Below, piece after piece: positions 40,601 to 54,700 of a stretch of DNA of 64,000 bases. The notes beneath the pieces were generated by a model, which was not told where the DNA came from, made no database searches, and saw nothing but the letters and a program-made list of their open reading frames with translations. Within the stretch, counting starts at the first letter, position 1, and each line of letters starts with the position of its first letter. The stretch covers positions 106,206,001 to 106,270,000 of the forward strand of contig OZ296648.1 of assembly GCA_965655095.1 (NCBI GenBank), read 5' to 3'. The position numbers were made by a program, and so were the translations under genes. Source of the DNA: Haplodiscus bocki. Lineage: Eukaryota.

Positions 40601-42551
40601 ATAAAAAACTTCACTGGCCAATTCATCATTTCAACTCTCAGGCTTTGTGACTGAGCATTCCTAGTGAAGTTCCCCCTTCTAAGAATCGTTTTTCGTTGAT
40701 CAGATTGGTTTATAGTTCCTCCTATGCAAAGCGAAAATGCCAAAGATTGGGGGATATTGGTTAGAGGTGATTTCCAAACGCTGCGGCTGTAGCTATATCT
40801 TTTACCATTGACACTACCCACTAAAGGAGTCCAAATTGGATAAGGATTGATTGCATTTAAAAAAGATAATTCACAATTATTCGTTTTTTAAATCTCAATA
40901 GTGGCCATTTTTACAGCATAAAACACGCATTTTTGTGAGCCTGGTGCCCTGATCTTTTTCATTTACCTCCCGAACACCTGGGGACAAAATAAAAAAGCGT
41001 CAGACTTCCGATAAGTTTTTTACTTTCTTGTACTTGTATTGGTATATGTATGTGAAGTGTATGGATATGTATCTAGACACCTTGGTGGATTTTTCTGTTC
41101 GAAGGTAAAGGTGAAAGTATAATTAAATGTTATACGCTTTTTCATAATGCCCCCAGGTGTTGGAGATGTAAATGGAAAAATTTGGGAGCAGGCTCCGGTA
41201 ATTGTTCTATAGTCAGAGATTTAACATGTCTTTGAAGATTTGCCCCAACAGTTGCATGCTTAACTGAGACATCCACTTGGATGATATTGATGCAATCGTT
41301 GGCCAGTCTGGTGGCGTTCCTTAGCCGTTTTGTTGGAGCTCAGATGAATTTTTCCATCAGTCTAAACATGTGCTCTAATGGTTGATTACTTCGCTCAGCT
41401 GATCAAAACTTGATACAAACCCTGTTGGCATGCTTGGCAAATTTCCTCCTGCTGAAAGCAAGTTTTTTGTTGGCAGTGTGTTAACTGGACAAAAAACACG
41501 TTATACCTCTCAATTTTTAAATGGCTGTTTTTTAGAATTTCTCGCGCAGTTTTTGCTATACACATCAGTATTTCGTGGAGCTGCGCGACCAGGGAAAGCA
41601 AAAAATGAAAATGAGCAGGAGCGTCAAATCATTCATATTGTTGATTGATGTGAAAACATTACCACTTGCGTCATTCAGGATCGGGCATCTTCGGATTGTA
41701 TGATTTTTTAGCAAAAAACACATTTCGTAGTGGCCGTTGATGACGAGTCGTTCATTTGTCACGGAATATATTATTGGAAACATTTAAACCGTTGCGAAAT
41801 GTGCATTTGTTTTTTTCTCTATAATATGCATTTCTTTTAAAATGTCTACTACACAAATATATGGGAATTTTTAAATTTTGGTTTGGCTTCAATCATTCTG
41901 CGTAAATCACTGGCATAAGTTTCAATTATCGCTGTCATTTACTGTTTATTTTTCCTTAGAATAATAAAAAACTTCACTGGCCAATTCATCATTTCAACTC
42001 TCAGGCTTTGTGACTGAGCATTCCCAGTGAAGTTCCCCCTTCTAAGAATCGTTTTTCGTTGATCAGATTGGTTTATAGTTCCTCCTATACAAAGCGAAAA
42101 TGCCAAAGATTGAGGGATATTGGTTAGAGGTGATTTCCAAACGCTGCGGCTGTAGCTATATCTTTTACCATTGACACTACCCACTAAAGGAGTCCAAATT
42201 GGATAAGGATTGATTGCATTTTAAAAAGATAATTCACAATTATTCGTTTTTTAAGTCTCAATAGTGGCCATTTTTACAGAATAAAACACGCATTTTTGTG
42301 AGCCTGGTGCCCTGATCTTTTTCATTTACCTCCCGAACACCTGGGGACAAAATAAAAAAGCGTCAGACTTCCGATAAGTTTTTTACTTTCTTGTACTTGT
42401 ATTGGTATATGTATGTGAAGTGTATGGATATGTATCTAGACACCTTGGTGGATTTTTCTGTTCGAAGGTAAAGGTGAAAGTATAATTAAATGTTATACGC
42501 TTTTTCATAATGCCCCCAGGTGTTGGAGATGTAAATGGAAAAATTTGGGAG
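31657..42551. repeat. Domain 4: eight near-identical A-family (subtype D) monomers of 1361-1363 bp, with no B monomers
   Basis: Spacings 1361, 1362, 1361, 1363, 1361, 1361, 1363, 1363. The 68-aa and 72-aa ORF translations are identical or differ by one residue in all eight. Diagnostic sequence GATACAAACCCTGTTGGCATGCTTGGCAAATTTCC. Confidence 0.95.
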
Positions 42552-45500
42552 CAGGCTCCGTTAATTGTTCTATAGTCAGAGATTTAACATGTCTTTGAAG
42601 ATTTGCCCCAACAGTTGTATGCTTAACTGAGACATCCACTTGGATCATATTGATGCAATCGGCGGCCAGTCTGATGGCGTTCCTTAGCCGTTTTGTTGGA
42701 GCTCAGATGAATTTTTCCATCAGTCTAAACATGTGCTCTAATGGTTTATTACTTCGCTCCGCTGATCAAAACTTGAGACAAACCCTTTCGGCATGTTTGA
42801 CCAGTTTGCTTCTGTTTAATGCATGTTTTTTGTCGGGAGTGTGTTAACTGGACAAAATACAAACAATATACCTTTCAAATATTAAATGGCTGTTTTTTAA
42901 AATTTCTCGCGCAGTTTTCGCTATACACATCAACATTTCGTGGCGCTGCGCTACCAGGGAACTAAAAAAATGCAGTTTAACAGGAACATCAAATCATTCA
43001 TGTTATTGCTTGATGCAAACACATGTTACTAATTGCGCAAACACATCGCTACTAATTGCGTCATTCAAGATCGGGCATTTTCGGATTGTATGTTTTTAAA
43101 GAATACAACGCATTTCTTAGTAGTGGCCGTTGATGACGACTCGTTCATTTATTAGCGAATATGTTATTTGAAATATTTTTTTACGTGTTGCAAAATGTGT
43201 ATTTGATTTTTTATGTCTATAATATTCACTTTTTTTGAAATGTCTGACGCCTATATCACAAAATCAAGTATTCGATTTGACTTCAACCTTTCTGAAAAAA
43301 TGACCAGCATAAATTTCAACTGTTGCGGTCCCTTACTATTTCTTTGTTCAATTATCAAGACAAATTCAGTGGCCAATTCATCATTTCAACTTTTTCAGGC
43401 TTTGCGGGTAAGAATCCTTAGTGAATCTACCCCCTCCATGAATCGTTTCTTTCGAACTGATTTAACCCTTTTGGCATGCTTGGCCAATTTGCTCCTGCTG
43501 AAAGCATGTTTTTTGTCGGCAGTGTTAACTGGACAAAAAACACACAATATACCTCTCAATTTTTAAATGGGTGTTTTTAAAAATTTCTCGCGCAGTTTTC
43601 GCTTTACACATCAATATTTCGTGGAGCTGCGTGACCAGGGAAAGCAAAAAATGCAAATGAGCAGGAACGTCTAATCATACATATTGTTGATTGATGTGAA
43701 AACGTTACCAATTGCGTCATTCAAGATCGGGCAACTTCGGATTGTATGTTTTTCTAGCATACAATATTTTTCGTAGTGGCCGTTGATGACGAGTCGTTCA
43801 TTTGTCACGGAATATTTTATTGGAAACCTTTTTTTAAAACCGTTGCGAAATGTGTCTTCGATTTTTTATCTCTATAATATGCAGTTCTATTACATTGTCT
43901 ACTGCACAAATATATCAGAGTTTTTAAATTTTGATTTGACTTCAATCAATCTGCGTAAACACTGGCATAAAGTTCAATTGTCGCTGTCATTTGCTGTTTT
44001 TTTCGTTAGAATATTAAAAAAACCTCACTGGCCAACTCATCATTTCAACTCTCTCAGGCTTTGTGACTGAGCATTCCTAGTGAAGTTCCCCCTTCACAGA
44101 ATCGTTTTTCGTCGATCAGATTGGTTTATAGTTCCTCCTATAGAAAGCGAATATGCCAAAGATTGGGGGATATTGGTTAGAGGTGATTTCCAAACGCTGC
44201 GGCTGTAGCTATATCTTTTACCATTGACACTACCCACTAAAGGAGTCCAAATTGGATAAGGATTGATTGCATTTAAAAAAGATAATTCACAATTATTCGT
44301 TTTTTAAATCTCAATAGTGGCCATTTTTACAGCATAAAACACGCATTTTTGTGAGCCTGGTGCCCTGATCTTTTTCATTTACCTCCCGAACACCTGGGGA
44401 CAAAATAAAAAAGCGTCAGACGTCCGATAAGTTTTTTACTTTCTTGTACTTGTATTCGTATATGTATGTGAAGTGTATGGATATGTATCTAGACACCTTG
44501 GTGGATTTTTCTGTTCGAAGGTAAAGGTGAAAGTATAATTAAATGTTATACGCTTTTTCATAATGCCCCCAGGTGTTGGAGATGTAAATGGAAAAATTTG
44601 GGAGCCGGCTCCGGTAATTGTTCTAGAGTCAGAGATTTAACATGTCTTTGAAGAGTTGCCGTGACAGTTGCATGCTTAACTGAGACATCCACTTGGATGA
44701 TATTGATGCAATCGGCGGCCAGTCTGGTGCCGTTCCTTAGCCGTTTTGTTGGAGCTCAGATGAATTTTTCCATCAGTCTAAACATGTGCTCTAATGGTTT
44801 ATTACTTCGCTCAGCTGATCAGAACTTGAGACAAACCCTTTCGGCATACTTGACCAGTTTGCTTCTGTTTAATGCATGTTTTTTGTCGGGAGTGTGTTAA
44901 CTGGACAAAATACAAACAATATACCTTTCAAATATTAAATGGCTGTTTTTTAAAATTTCTCGCGCAGTTTTCGCTATACACATCAACATTTCGTGGCGCT
45001 GCGCTACCAGGGAATTAAAAAAATGCAGTTTAACAGGAACATCAAATCATTCATAATATTGCTTGATGCAAACACATATTACCAATTGCGCAAACACATG
45101 TTACTAATTGCGTCATTGAAGATCGGGCATTTTCGGATTGTATGTTTTTGAAGAATACAACGCATTTCTTAGTAGTGGCCGTTGATGACGACTCGTTCAT
45201 TTATTTGCGAATATGTTATTTGAAATATTTTTTTACGTGTTACGAAATGTGTATTTGATCTTTTATTTCTATAACATCCACTTTTTTTGAATTGTCTGAC
45301 GCCTATATCACAAAATTAAGTATTCGATTTGACTTCAACCTTTCTAAAAAAAATGACCAGCATAAATTTCAACTGTTGCGGTCCCCTACTATTTTTTTGT
45401 TCAATTATCAAAACAAATTCAGTGGCCAATTCATCATTTCAACTTTTTCAGGCTTTGCGAGTAAGAATCCTTAATGAATTTACCCCCTCCATGAATCGTT

Positions 45501-48500
45501 TCTTTCGAACTGATTTAACCCTTTTGGCATGCTTGGCCAATTTGCTCCTGCTGAAAGCATGTTTTTTGTCGGCAGTGTTAACTGGGCAAAAAACACACAA
45601 TATACCTCTCAATTTTTAAATGGGTGTTTTTAAAAATTTCTCGCGCAGTTTTCGCTTTACACATCAATATTTCGTGGAGCTGCGCGACCAGGGAAAGCAA
45701 AAAATGCAAATGAGCAGGAACGTCTAATCATTCATATTGTTGATTGTTGTGAAAACATTACCAATTGCGTCATTCAAGATCGGGCAACTTCGGATTGTAT
45801 GTTTTTCTAGCATACAACACTTTCCGTAGTGGCCGTTGATGACGAGTCGCTCATTTGTCACGGAATATTTTATTGAAAACATTTTTTAAAACCGTTGCGA
45901 AATGTGTCTTCGCTTTTTTATCTCTATAATATGCAGTTCTATTTCATTGTCTACTGCACAAATATATCAGAGTTTTTAAATTTTGATTTGACTTCAATCA
46001 ATCTGCGTAAATCACTGGCATAAGTTTCAATTATCGCTGTCATTCAGTGTTTATTTTTCTTTAGAATGTTTAAAAAACTTCACTGGCCAACTCATCATTT
46101 CAACTCTCAGGCTTTGTGACTGAGCATTCCTAGTGAAGTTCCCCCTTCACAGAATCATTTTCCTTCGATCACATTGGTTTCTAGTTCCTCCTTTAGAAAG
46201 CGAATATGCCAAAGATTGGGGGATATTGGTTAGAGGTGATTTCCAAACACTTCGGCGTAGCTATAACTTTTACCATTGACAATACCACTAAAGGAGTCGA
46301 AATTGGATAAGGATTGATTGCATTTAAAAAAGGTAATTGACAATTATGCGTTTTTAAATCTCAATAGTGGCCATATTTACAGAATAAATCACGAATTTTT
46401 GTGAGCCTGGTGACCTGATCTTTTTCATTTACCTCCCCAACACCTGGGGGCAAAATAAAAAAGCGTCAAACTTCCGATAAGTTTTTTACTTTCTTGTACT
46501 TATATTCGTATATGTATATGAAGTGTATGGATATATATCTAGATACCTTGGTAGATTTTTCTGTTGGAAGGTAAAGGTGAAAATATAATTAATTGTTATA
46601 CGCTTTTTCATAATGCCCTCAGGTGTTGGAGATGTAAATGGAAAATATTGGGAGCAGGCTCCGGTAATTGTTCTATAGTCAGAGATTTAACATGTCTTTG
46701 AAGATTTGCCGGGACAGTTGCATGCTGAACTGAGACACCCACTTGGATCATATTGATGCAATCGGCGGCCAGTCTGGTGCCGTTCCTTGGCCGTATTGTT
46801 GGAGCTCAGATGAATTTTTCCATCAGTCTAAACATGTGCTCTAATGGTTGATTACTTCGCTCAGCTGATCAAAAGTTGAGACAGACCCTTTCGGCATACT
46901 TGACCAGTTTGCTTCTGTTTAATGCATGTTTTTTGTCGCCAGTGTGTTAACTGGACGAAAAACAAACATTCCTTTCAATTAATAAATGGCTGTTTTTTAA
47001 AATATCTCGCGCAGTTTTCGCTATACACATCAACATTTCGTGGCGCTGCGCTACCAGGGAACTAAAAAAATGCAGTTTAACAGGAACATCAAATCATTCA
47101 TATTATTGCTTGAAGCAAACACATGTTACTAATTGCGCAAACACATCGTTACTAATTGCGTCATTGAAGATCGGGCATTTTCGGATTGTATGTTTTCAAA
47201 GAATACAACGCATTTGTTAGTAGTGGCCGTTGATGACGACTCCTTCATTTATTAGCGAATATGTTATTTGAAATATTTTTTTACGTGTTGCACAATGTGT
47301 ATTTGATTCTTTATGTCCATAATATGCACTTTTTTTTGAAATGTCTGACGCCTATATCACAAAATTAAGTATTCGATTTGACTTCAACCTTGCTGAAAAA
47401 ATGACCAGCATAAATTTCAACCGTTGCGGTCCCCTACTATTTTTTTGTTCAAATATCAAAACAAATTCAGTGGCCATTTCATCATTTCAACTTTTTAGGC
47501 TTTGCGAGTAAGAATCCTTAGTGAATTTACCCCCTCCATGAATCGCTTCTTTCGAACTGATTGAACCCTTTTGGCATGCTTGGCCAATTTGCTCCTGCTG
47601 AAAGCATGTTTTTTGTCGGCAGTGTTAACTGGACAAAAAACACACAATATACCTCTCAATTTTTAAATGGGTGTTTTTGAAAATTTCTCGCGCAGTTTTC
47701 GCTATACACATCAATATTTCGTGGAGCTGCGCGACCAGGGAAAGCAAAAAATGCAAATGAGCAGGAACGTCTAATCATTCATATTGTTGATTGATGTGAA
47801 AACATTTACCAATTGCGTCATTCAAGATCGGGCAACTTCGGACTGTATGTTTTTCTAGCATACAACACTTTCCGTAGTGGCCGTTGATGACGAGTCGCTC
47901 ATTTGTCACGGAATATTTTATTGGAAACATTTTTTAAAACCGTTGCGAAATGTGTTTCGGATTTTTTATCTCTATAATATGCAGTTCTATTACATTGTCT
48001 ACTGCACAAATATATCAGAATTTTTAAATTTTGGTTTGACTTCAATCAATTTGCGTAAATCACTGGCATAAGTTTCAGTTATCGCTGTCATTTACTGTTT
48101 ATTTTTCGTTAGAATATTAAAAAAAACTTCACTGGCCAACTCATCTTTTCAACTCTCAGGCTTTGTGGCTGAGCATTCCTAGTTAAGTTCCCCCTTCACA
48201 GAATCGTTTTTCGTCGATGAGATTGGTTTATAGTTCCTGCTATAGAAAGCGAATATACCAAAGATTGGGGGATATTTGTTAGAGGTGGACTCCAAACACT
48301 CCGGCTGTAGCCATAACTTTTATCATTGACAGTACAACTATGGGAGGCGAAATTGGATAAGGATTGAATGCATTTCAAAAAGATAATTGACAAATATGCG
48401 TTTTTTTATCTCAAAAGTGGCCATATTTCAGATTAAATCACGCTTTTTTGTAATCCTGGTGCCCTGATCTTTTTCATTTACCTCCCCAACACCTGGGGGC

Positions 48501-48703
48501 AAAATAAAAAAGCGTCAGACTTCCGATAAGTTTTTTACTTTCTTGTACTTATGGTCGTATATGTATGTGAAGTGTATGGATATATGTCTAGATACCTTGG
48601 TAGTTTTTTCTGTTGGAAGGTAAAGGTGAAAATATCATTGAATGTTATACGCTTTTTCCTAATGCCCCCAGGTGTTAGAGCTGTAAATGGGAAAATCTGG
48701 GAG
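42552..48703. repeat. HOR domain 5: three tandem ~2.05 kb units (second, independent B/A deletion fusion)
   Basis: Spacings 2053, 2050 and 2049. Junction TTTCGAACTGATT|(T/G)AACCCTTTTGGCATG at ~43462, ~45514 and ~47562, with a fourth copy at ~52369. Confidence 0.92.
46403..46661. repeat. Inverted-repeat module, representative right-hand A copy
   Basis: GAGCCTG...TTTTTCATTTACCTCCCCAACACCTGGGGGCAAAATAAAAAAGCGT pairs with ACGCTTTTTCATAATGCCCTCAGGTGTTGGAGATGTAAATGGAAAA...CAGGCTC. Confidence 0.85.
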
Positions 48704-51700
48704 CCGGCTCCGGTAGTTGTTCTAGAGTCAGAGATTTAACATGTCTTTGAAGAGTTGACGCGACAGTTGCATGCTTAACTGAGACATCCGCTTGGATCAT
48801 ATTGATGCAATCGGCGGCCAGTCTGGTGCCGTTCCTTAGCCGTTTTGTTGGAGCGCAGATGAATTTTTCCATCAGTCTAAACATGTGCTCTAATGGTTTA
48901 TTACTTCGCTCAGCTGATCAAAACTTGAGACAAACCCTTTCGGCATGTTTGATCAGTTTGCTTCTGTTTAATGCATGTTTTTTGTCGGGAGTGTGTTAAC
49001 TGGACAAAATACAAATAATATACCTTTTAAATATTAAATGGCTGTTTTTTAAAATTTCTGGCGCAGTTTTCGCTATACACATCAACATTTCGTGGCGCTG
49101 CGCTACCAGGGAACTAAAAAAATGCAGTTTAACAGGAACATAAAATCATTCATAATATTGCTTGATGCAAACACATGTTACTAATTGCGCAAACACATGT
49201 TACTAATTGCGTCATTGAAGATCGGGCATCTTCGGATTGTATGTTTTTGAAGAATACAACGCATTTCTTAGTAGTGGCCGTTGATGACGACTCGTTCCTT
49301 TATTAGCGAATAGGTTATTTGAAATGTTTTTACGTGTTGCAAAATGTGTATTTGATCTTTTATGTCTATAATATGCACTTTTTTTGAAATGTCTGACGCC
49401 TATATCACAAAATTAAGTATTCGATTTGACTTCAACCTTTCTGAAAAAATGATCAGCATAAATTTCAACTGTTGCGGTCCCTTACTATTTCTTTGTTCAA
49501 TTATCAAAACAAATTCAGTGGCCAATTCATTTCAACTCTTTCAGGCTTTCCGAGTAAGAATCCTTAGTGGAGTTACCCCCTCCATGAATCGTTTCTTTCG
49601 AACTGATTGGTTAGACTTCCTCCTATAGCAAGCGATAATGCCAAACAGTGGAGGACATTGGTTAGAAGTCAACTCCAAAGTCTCTGGCGATAGACCTAAC
49701 TTTTGCTCATGACGCTACCACTATGAGTCGAAAATATATGAGGATTGATTTCATTATTACGGATATGACAATTATGCGATTTTTATAATCTCAGTAGTGG
49801 CCATATTTACAAAACAAATCACGCTTTTTTTTGTCGGCCTGATGCCCTTATTTTTTTTATTTACCTCTCCGACACCTGAAGGCATTTTAAAAAAAAGCGT
49901 AAGGCTTTCAAAAAGGTTTTCACAATTTTTTCTACCTTTGTTTGTATATGTTTGTGAAGTGTGTTGATTTATTTTTAGATAGTTTGGTAGATTTTTATGT
50001 GTTGGAAGGTAAATGTGAAAATATCATTCAACATCTTACGCTCTTTCCTAATGCCCCCAAGTGTTCGGGAGGTAATTGAAAATAATTAGAGGAGTAGGCT
50101 CCGGGAATTGCTCTAGAATCGGGGTTTCAACATGTCTTCGGAAAGTTGCTGCGACAGTTGCATGCCTAAATGGGACGTCGACTTGGCTCATACTGATGCA
50201 ATCGGCGGCCAGTCTGGTGCCGTTCCTCAACCGTATTGTTGGAGCTCAGATGAATTTTTCCATCAGTCTAAACATGTGCTCTATTGGTTGATTACTTTGC
50301 TCAGCTAATCAAAACTTGAGACAAACCCTTTTGGAATGCTTGGCCAATTTGCTCCTGCCGAAAGCATGTTTTTTGTCGCCAGTGTTAACTGGACAAAAAA
50401 CACCCAATATACCTTTGAATTAGTAAATGGCTGTTTTTTAAATATTCTCGCTCAATTTCCGCTATACACATCAACATTTCGTGGAGCTGCGCGACCAGGG
50501 AAACCGAAAAAAATGGCAAATGAGCCGAACGTCAAATCATTCATATTGTTGATTGATGTGAAAACATTACCAGTTTGGTCATTCAAGATCGGGCAACATC
50601 GGATTGTATGTTTTTCTAGCATACAACACTTTTCGTAGTGGGCGTTGATGACGAGTCGTTCATTTGTCACGGAATATAATATTGGAAACATTTTTTAAAA
50701 CCGTTGCGAAATGTGTTTTTGATTTTTCATGTCTACAATTGGCACTTCTTTTGAAATCTCTACTGCACAAATATATCAGAATTTTTAACTTTTGGTTTGA
50801 CTTCAATCAATCTGCGTAAACACTGGCATAAAGTTCAATTATCGCTGTCATTTGCTGTTTTTTTCGTTAGAATATTAAAAAAACCTCACTGGCCAACTCA
50901 TCATTTCAACTCTCTCAGGCATTGTGACTGAGCATTCCTAGTGAAGTTCCCCCTTCACAGAATCATATTCCTTCGATCACATTGGTTTCTAGTTCCTCCT
51001 TTAGAAAGCGAATATGCCAAAGATTGGGGGATATTGGTTAGAGGTGATTCCCAAACACTTCGGCTGTAGCTATAACTTTTACCATTGACACTACCACTAT
51101 AGGAGGCGAAATTGGATAAGGATTGAATGCATTTAAAAATGATAATTGACAAATATGCGTTTTTTTATCTCAAAAGTGGCCATATTTCAGATTAAATCAC
51201 GCATTTTTGAAATCCTGGTGCCCTGATCTTTTTCATTTACCTCTCCAACACCTGTGGGCAATGTAGAAAAGCGTCAGACTTCCGATAAGGTTTTTACTTT
51301 CTTGTACTTATATTCGTATATGTATGTGAAGTGTATGGATATATGTCTAGATACCTTGGTAGTTTTTTCTGTTGGAAGGTAAAGGTGAAAATATAATTGA
51401 ATGTTTATACGCTTTTTCATAATGCCCCCAGGTGTTAGAGATGTAAATGGGAAAATTTGGGAGCCGGCTCCGGTAACTGTTCTAGAATCAGAGATTTAAC
51501 ATGTCTTTGAAGAGTTGCCGTGACAGTTGCATGCTTAACAGACATCCACTTGGATCATATTGATGCAATCGGCGGCCAGTCTGGTGCCGTTCTTTAGCCG
51601 TTTTGTTGGAGCTCAGATGAATTTTTCCATCAGTCTAAACACGTGCTCTAATGGTTGATTACTTCGCTCAGCTGATCAAAACTTGAGACAAACCCTTTCG

Positions 51701-54700
51701 GCATGCTTGACCAGTTTGCTTTTGTTTAATGCATGTTTTTTGTCGGGAGTGTGTTAACTGGACAAAATACACACAATATACCTTTGAAATAATAAATGGC
51801 TGTTTTTTAAATTTTCTCGCGCAGTTTTCGCTATACACATCAACGTTTCGTGGCGCTGCGCTACCAGGGAACTAAAAAAATGCAGTTTAACAGGAACATA
51901 AAATCATTCATAATATTGCTTGATGCAAACGCATGTTACTAATTGCGCAAACACATGTTACTAATTGCGTCATTGAAGATCGGGCATCTTCGGATTGTAT
52001 GTTTTTGAAGAATACAACGCATTTCTTAGTAGTGGCCGTTGATGACGACTCGTTCATTTATTAGCGAATAGGTTATTTGAAATGTTTTTACGTGTTGCAA
52101 AATGTGTATTTGATCTTTTTTGTCTATAATATGCACTTTTTTTGAAATGTCTGACGCCTATATCACAAAATTAAGTATTCGATTCGACTTCAACCTTTCT
52201 GAAAAAATGACCAGCATAAATTTCAACTGTTGCGGTCCCCTACTATTTTTTTGTTCAATTATCAAAACAAATTCAGTGGCCATTTCATCATTTCAACTCT
52301 TTCAGGCTTTCCGAGTAAGAATCCTTAGTGATTTTACCCCCTCCATGAATCGCTTCTTTCGAACTGATTGAACCCTTTTGGCATGCTTGGCCAATTTGCT
52401 CCTGCTGAAAGCATGTTTTTTGTCGGGAGTGTGTTAACTGGACAAAATACAAACAATATACCTTTTAAATATTAAATGGCTGTTTTTTAAATATTCTCGC
52501 GCAGTTTTCGCTATACACATCAACATTTCGTGGCGCTGCGCTACCAGGGAAAGCAAAAAATGCAAATGAGCAGGAACGTCTAATCATTCATATTGTTGAT
52601 TGATGTGAAAACATTACCAATTGCGTCATTCAAGATCGGGCAACTTCGGACTGTATGTTTTTCTAGCATACAACACTTTCCGTAGTGGCCGTTGATGACG
52701 AGTCGCTCATTTGTCACGGAATATTTTATTGGAAACATTTTTTAAAACTGTTGCGAAATGTGTCTTGGATTTTTTATCTCTATAATATGCAGTTCTATTA
52801 CATTGTCTACTGCACAAATATATCAGAATTTTTAATTTTTGGTTTGACTTCAATCAATCTGCGTAAATCACTGGCATAAGTTTCAGTTATCGCTGTCATT
52901 TACTGTTTATTTTTCGTTAGAATATTAAAAAAACTTCACTGGCCAACTCATCTTTTCAACTCTCAGGCTTTGTGGCTGAGCATTCCTAGTTAAGTTCCCC
53001 CTTCACAGAATCGTTTTTCGTCGATGAGATTGGTTTATAGTTCCTGCTATAGAAAGCGAATATGCCAAAGATTGGGGGATTTTTGTTAGAGGTGGACTCC
53101 AAACACTCCGGCTGTAGCCATAACTTTTATCATTGACAGTTCAACTATGGGAGGCGAAATTGGATAAGGATTGAATGCATTTAAAAAAGATAATTGACAA
53201 ATATGCGTTTTTTTATCTCAAAAGTGGCCATATTTCAGATTAAATCACGCATTTTTTGTAATCCTGGTGCCCTGATCTTTTTCATTTACCTCCCCAACAC
53301 CTGGGGGCAAAATAAAAAAGCGTCAGACTTCCGATAAGTTTTTTACTTTCTTGTACTTATAGTCGTATATGTATGTGAAGTGTATGGATATATGTCTAGA
53401 TACCTTGGTAGTTTTTTCTGTTGGAAGGGAAAGGTGAAAATATCATTGAATGTTATACGCTTTTTCCTAATGCCCCCAGGTGTTAGAGCTGTAAATGGGA
53501 AAATTTGGGAGCCGGCTCCGGTAGTTGTTCTAGAGTCAGAGATTTAACATGTCTTTGAAGAGTTGACGCGACAGTTGCATGCTTAACTGAGACATCCACT
53601 TGGATCATATTGATGCAATCGGCGACCAGTCTGGTGCCGTTCCTTAGCCGTTTTGTTGGAGCTCAGATGAATTTTTCTATCAGTCTAAACATGTGCTCTA
53701 ATGGTTTATTACTTCGCTCAGCTGATCAAAACTTGAGACAAACCCTTTCGGCATGTTTGACCTGTTTGCTTCTGTTTAATGCATGTTTTTTGTCGGGAGT
53801 GTGTTAACTGGACAAAATACAAACAATATACCTTTTAAATATTAAATGGCTGTTTTTTAAATATTCTCGCGCAGTTTTCGCTATACACATCAACATTTCG
53901 TGGCGCTGCGCTACCAGGGAAAGCAAAAAATGCAAATGAGCAGGAACGTCTAATCATTCATATTGTTGATTGATGTGAAAACATTACCAATTGCGTCATT
54001 CAAGATCGGGCAACTTCGGACTGTATGTTTTTCTAGCATACAACACTTTCCGTAGTGGCCGTTGATGACGAGTCGCTCATTTGTCACGGAATATTTTATT
54101 GGAAACATTTTTTAAAACTGTTGCGAAATGTGTCTTGGATTTTTTATCTCTATAATATGCAGTTCTATTACATTGTCTACTGCACAAATATATCAGAATT
54201 TTTAAATTTTGGTTTGACTTCAATCAATCTGCGTAAATCACTGGCATAAGTTTCAGTTATCGCTGTCATTTACTGTTTATTTTTCGTTAGAATATTAAAA
54301 AAACTTCACTGGCCAACTCATCTTTTCAACTCTCAGGCTTTGTGGCTGAGCATTCCTAGTTAAGTTCCCCCTTCACAGAATCGTTTTTCGTCGATGAGAT
54401 TGGTTTATAGTTCCTGCTATAGAAAGCGAATATGCCAAAGATTGGGGGATTTTTGTTAGAGGTGGACTGCAAACACTCAGGCTGTAGCCTTAACTTTTAT
54501 CATTGACAGTACAACTATGGGAGGCGAAATTGGATAAGGATTGAATGCATTTAAAAAAGATAATTGACAAATATGCGTTTTTTTATCTCAAAAGTGGCCA
54601 TATTTCAGATTAAATCACGCATCTTTGTAATCCTGGTGCCCTGATCTTTTTCATTTACCTCCCCAACACCTGGGGGCAAAATAAAAAAGCGTCAGACTTC

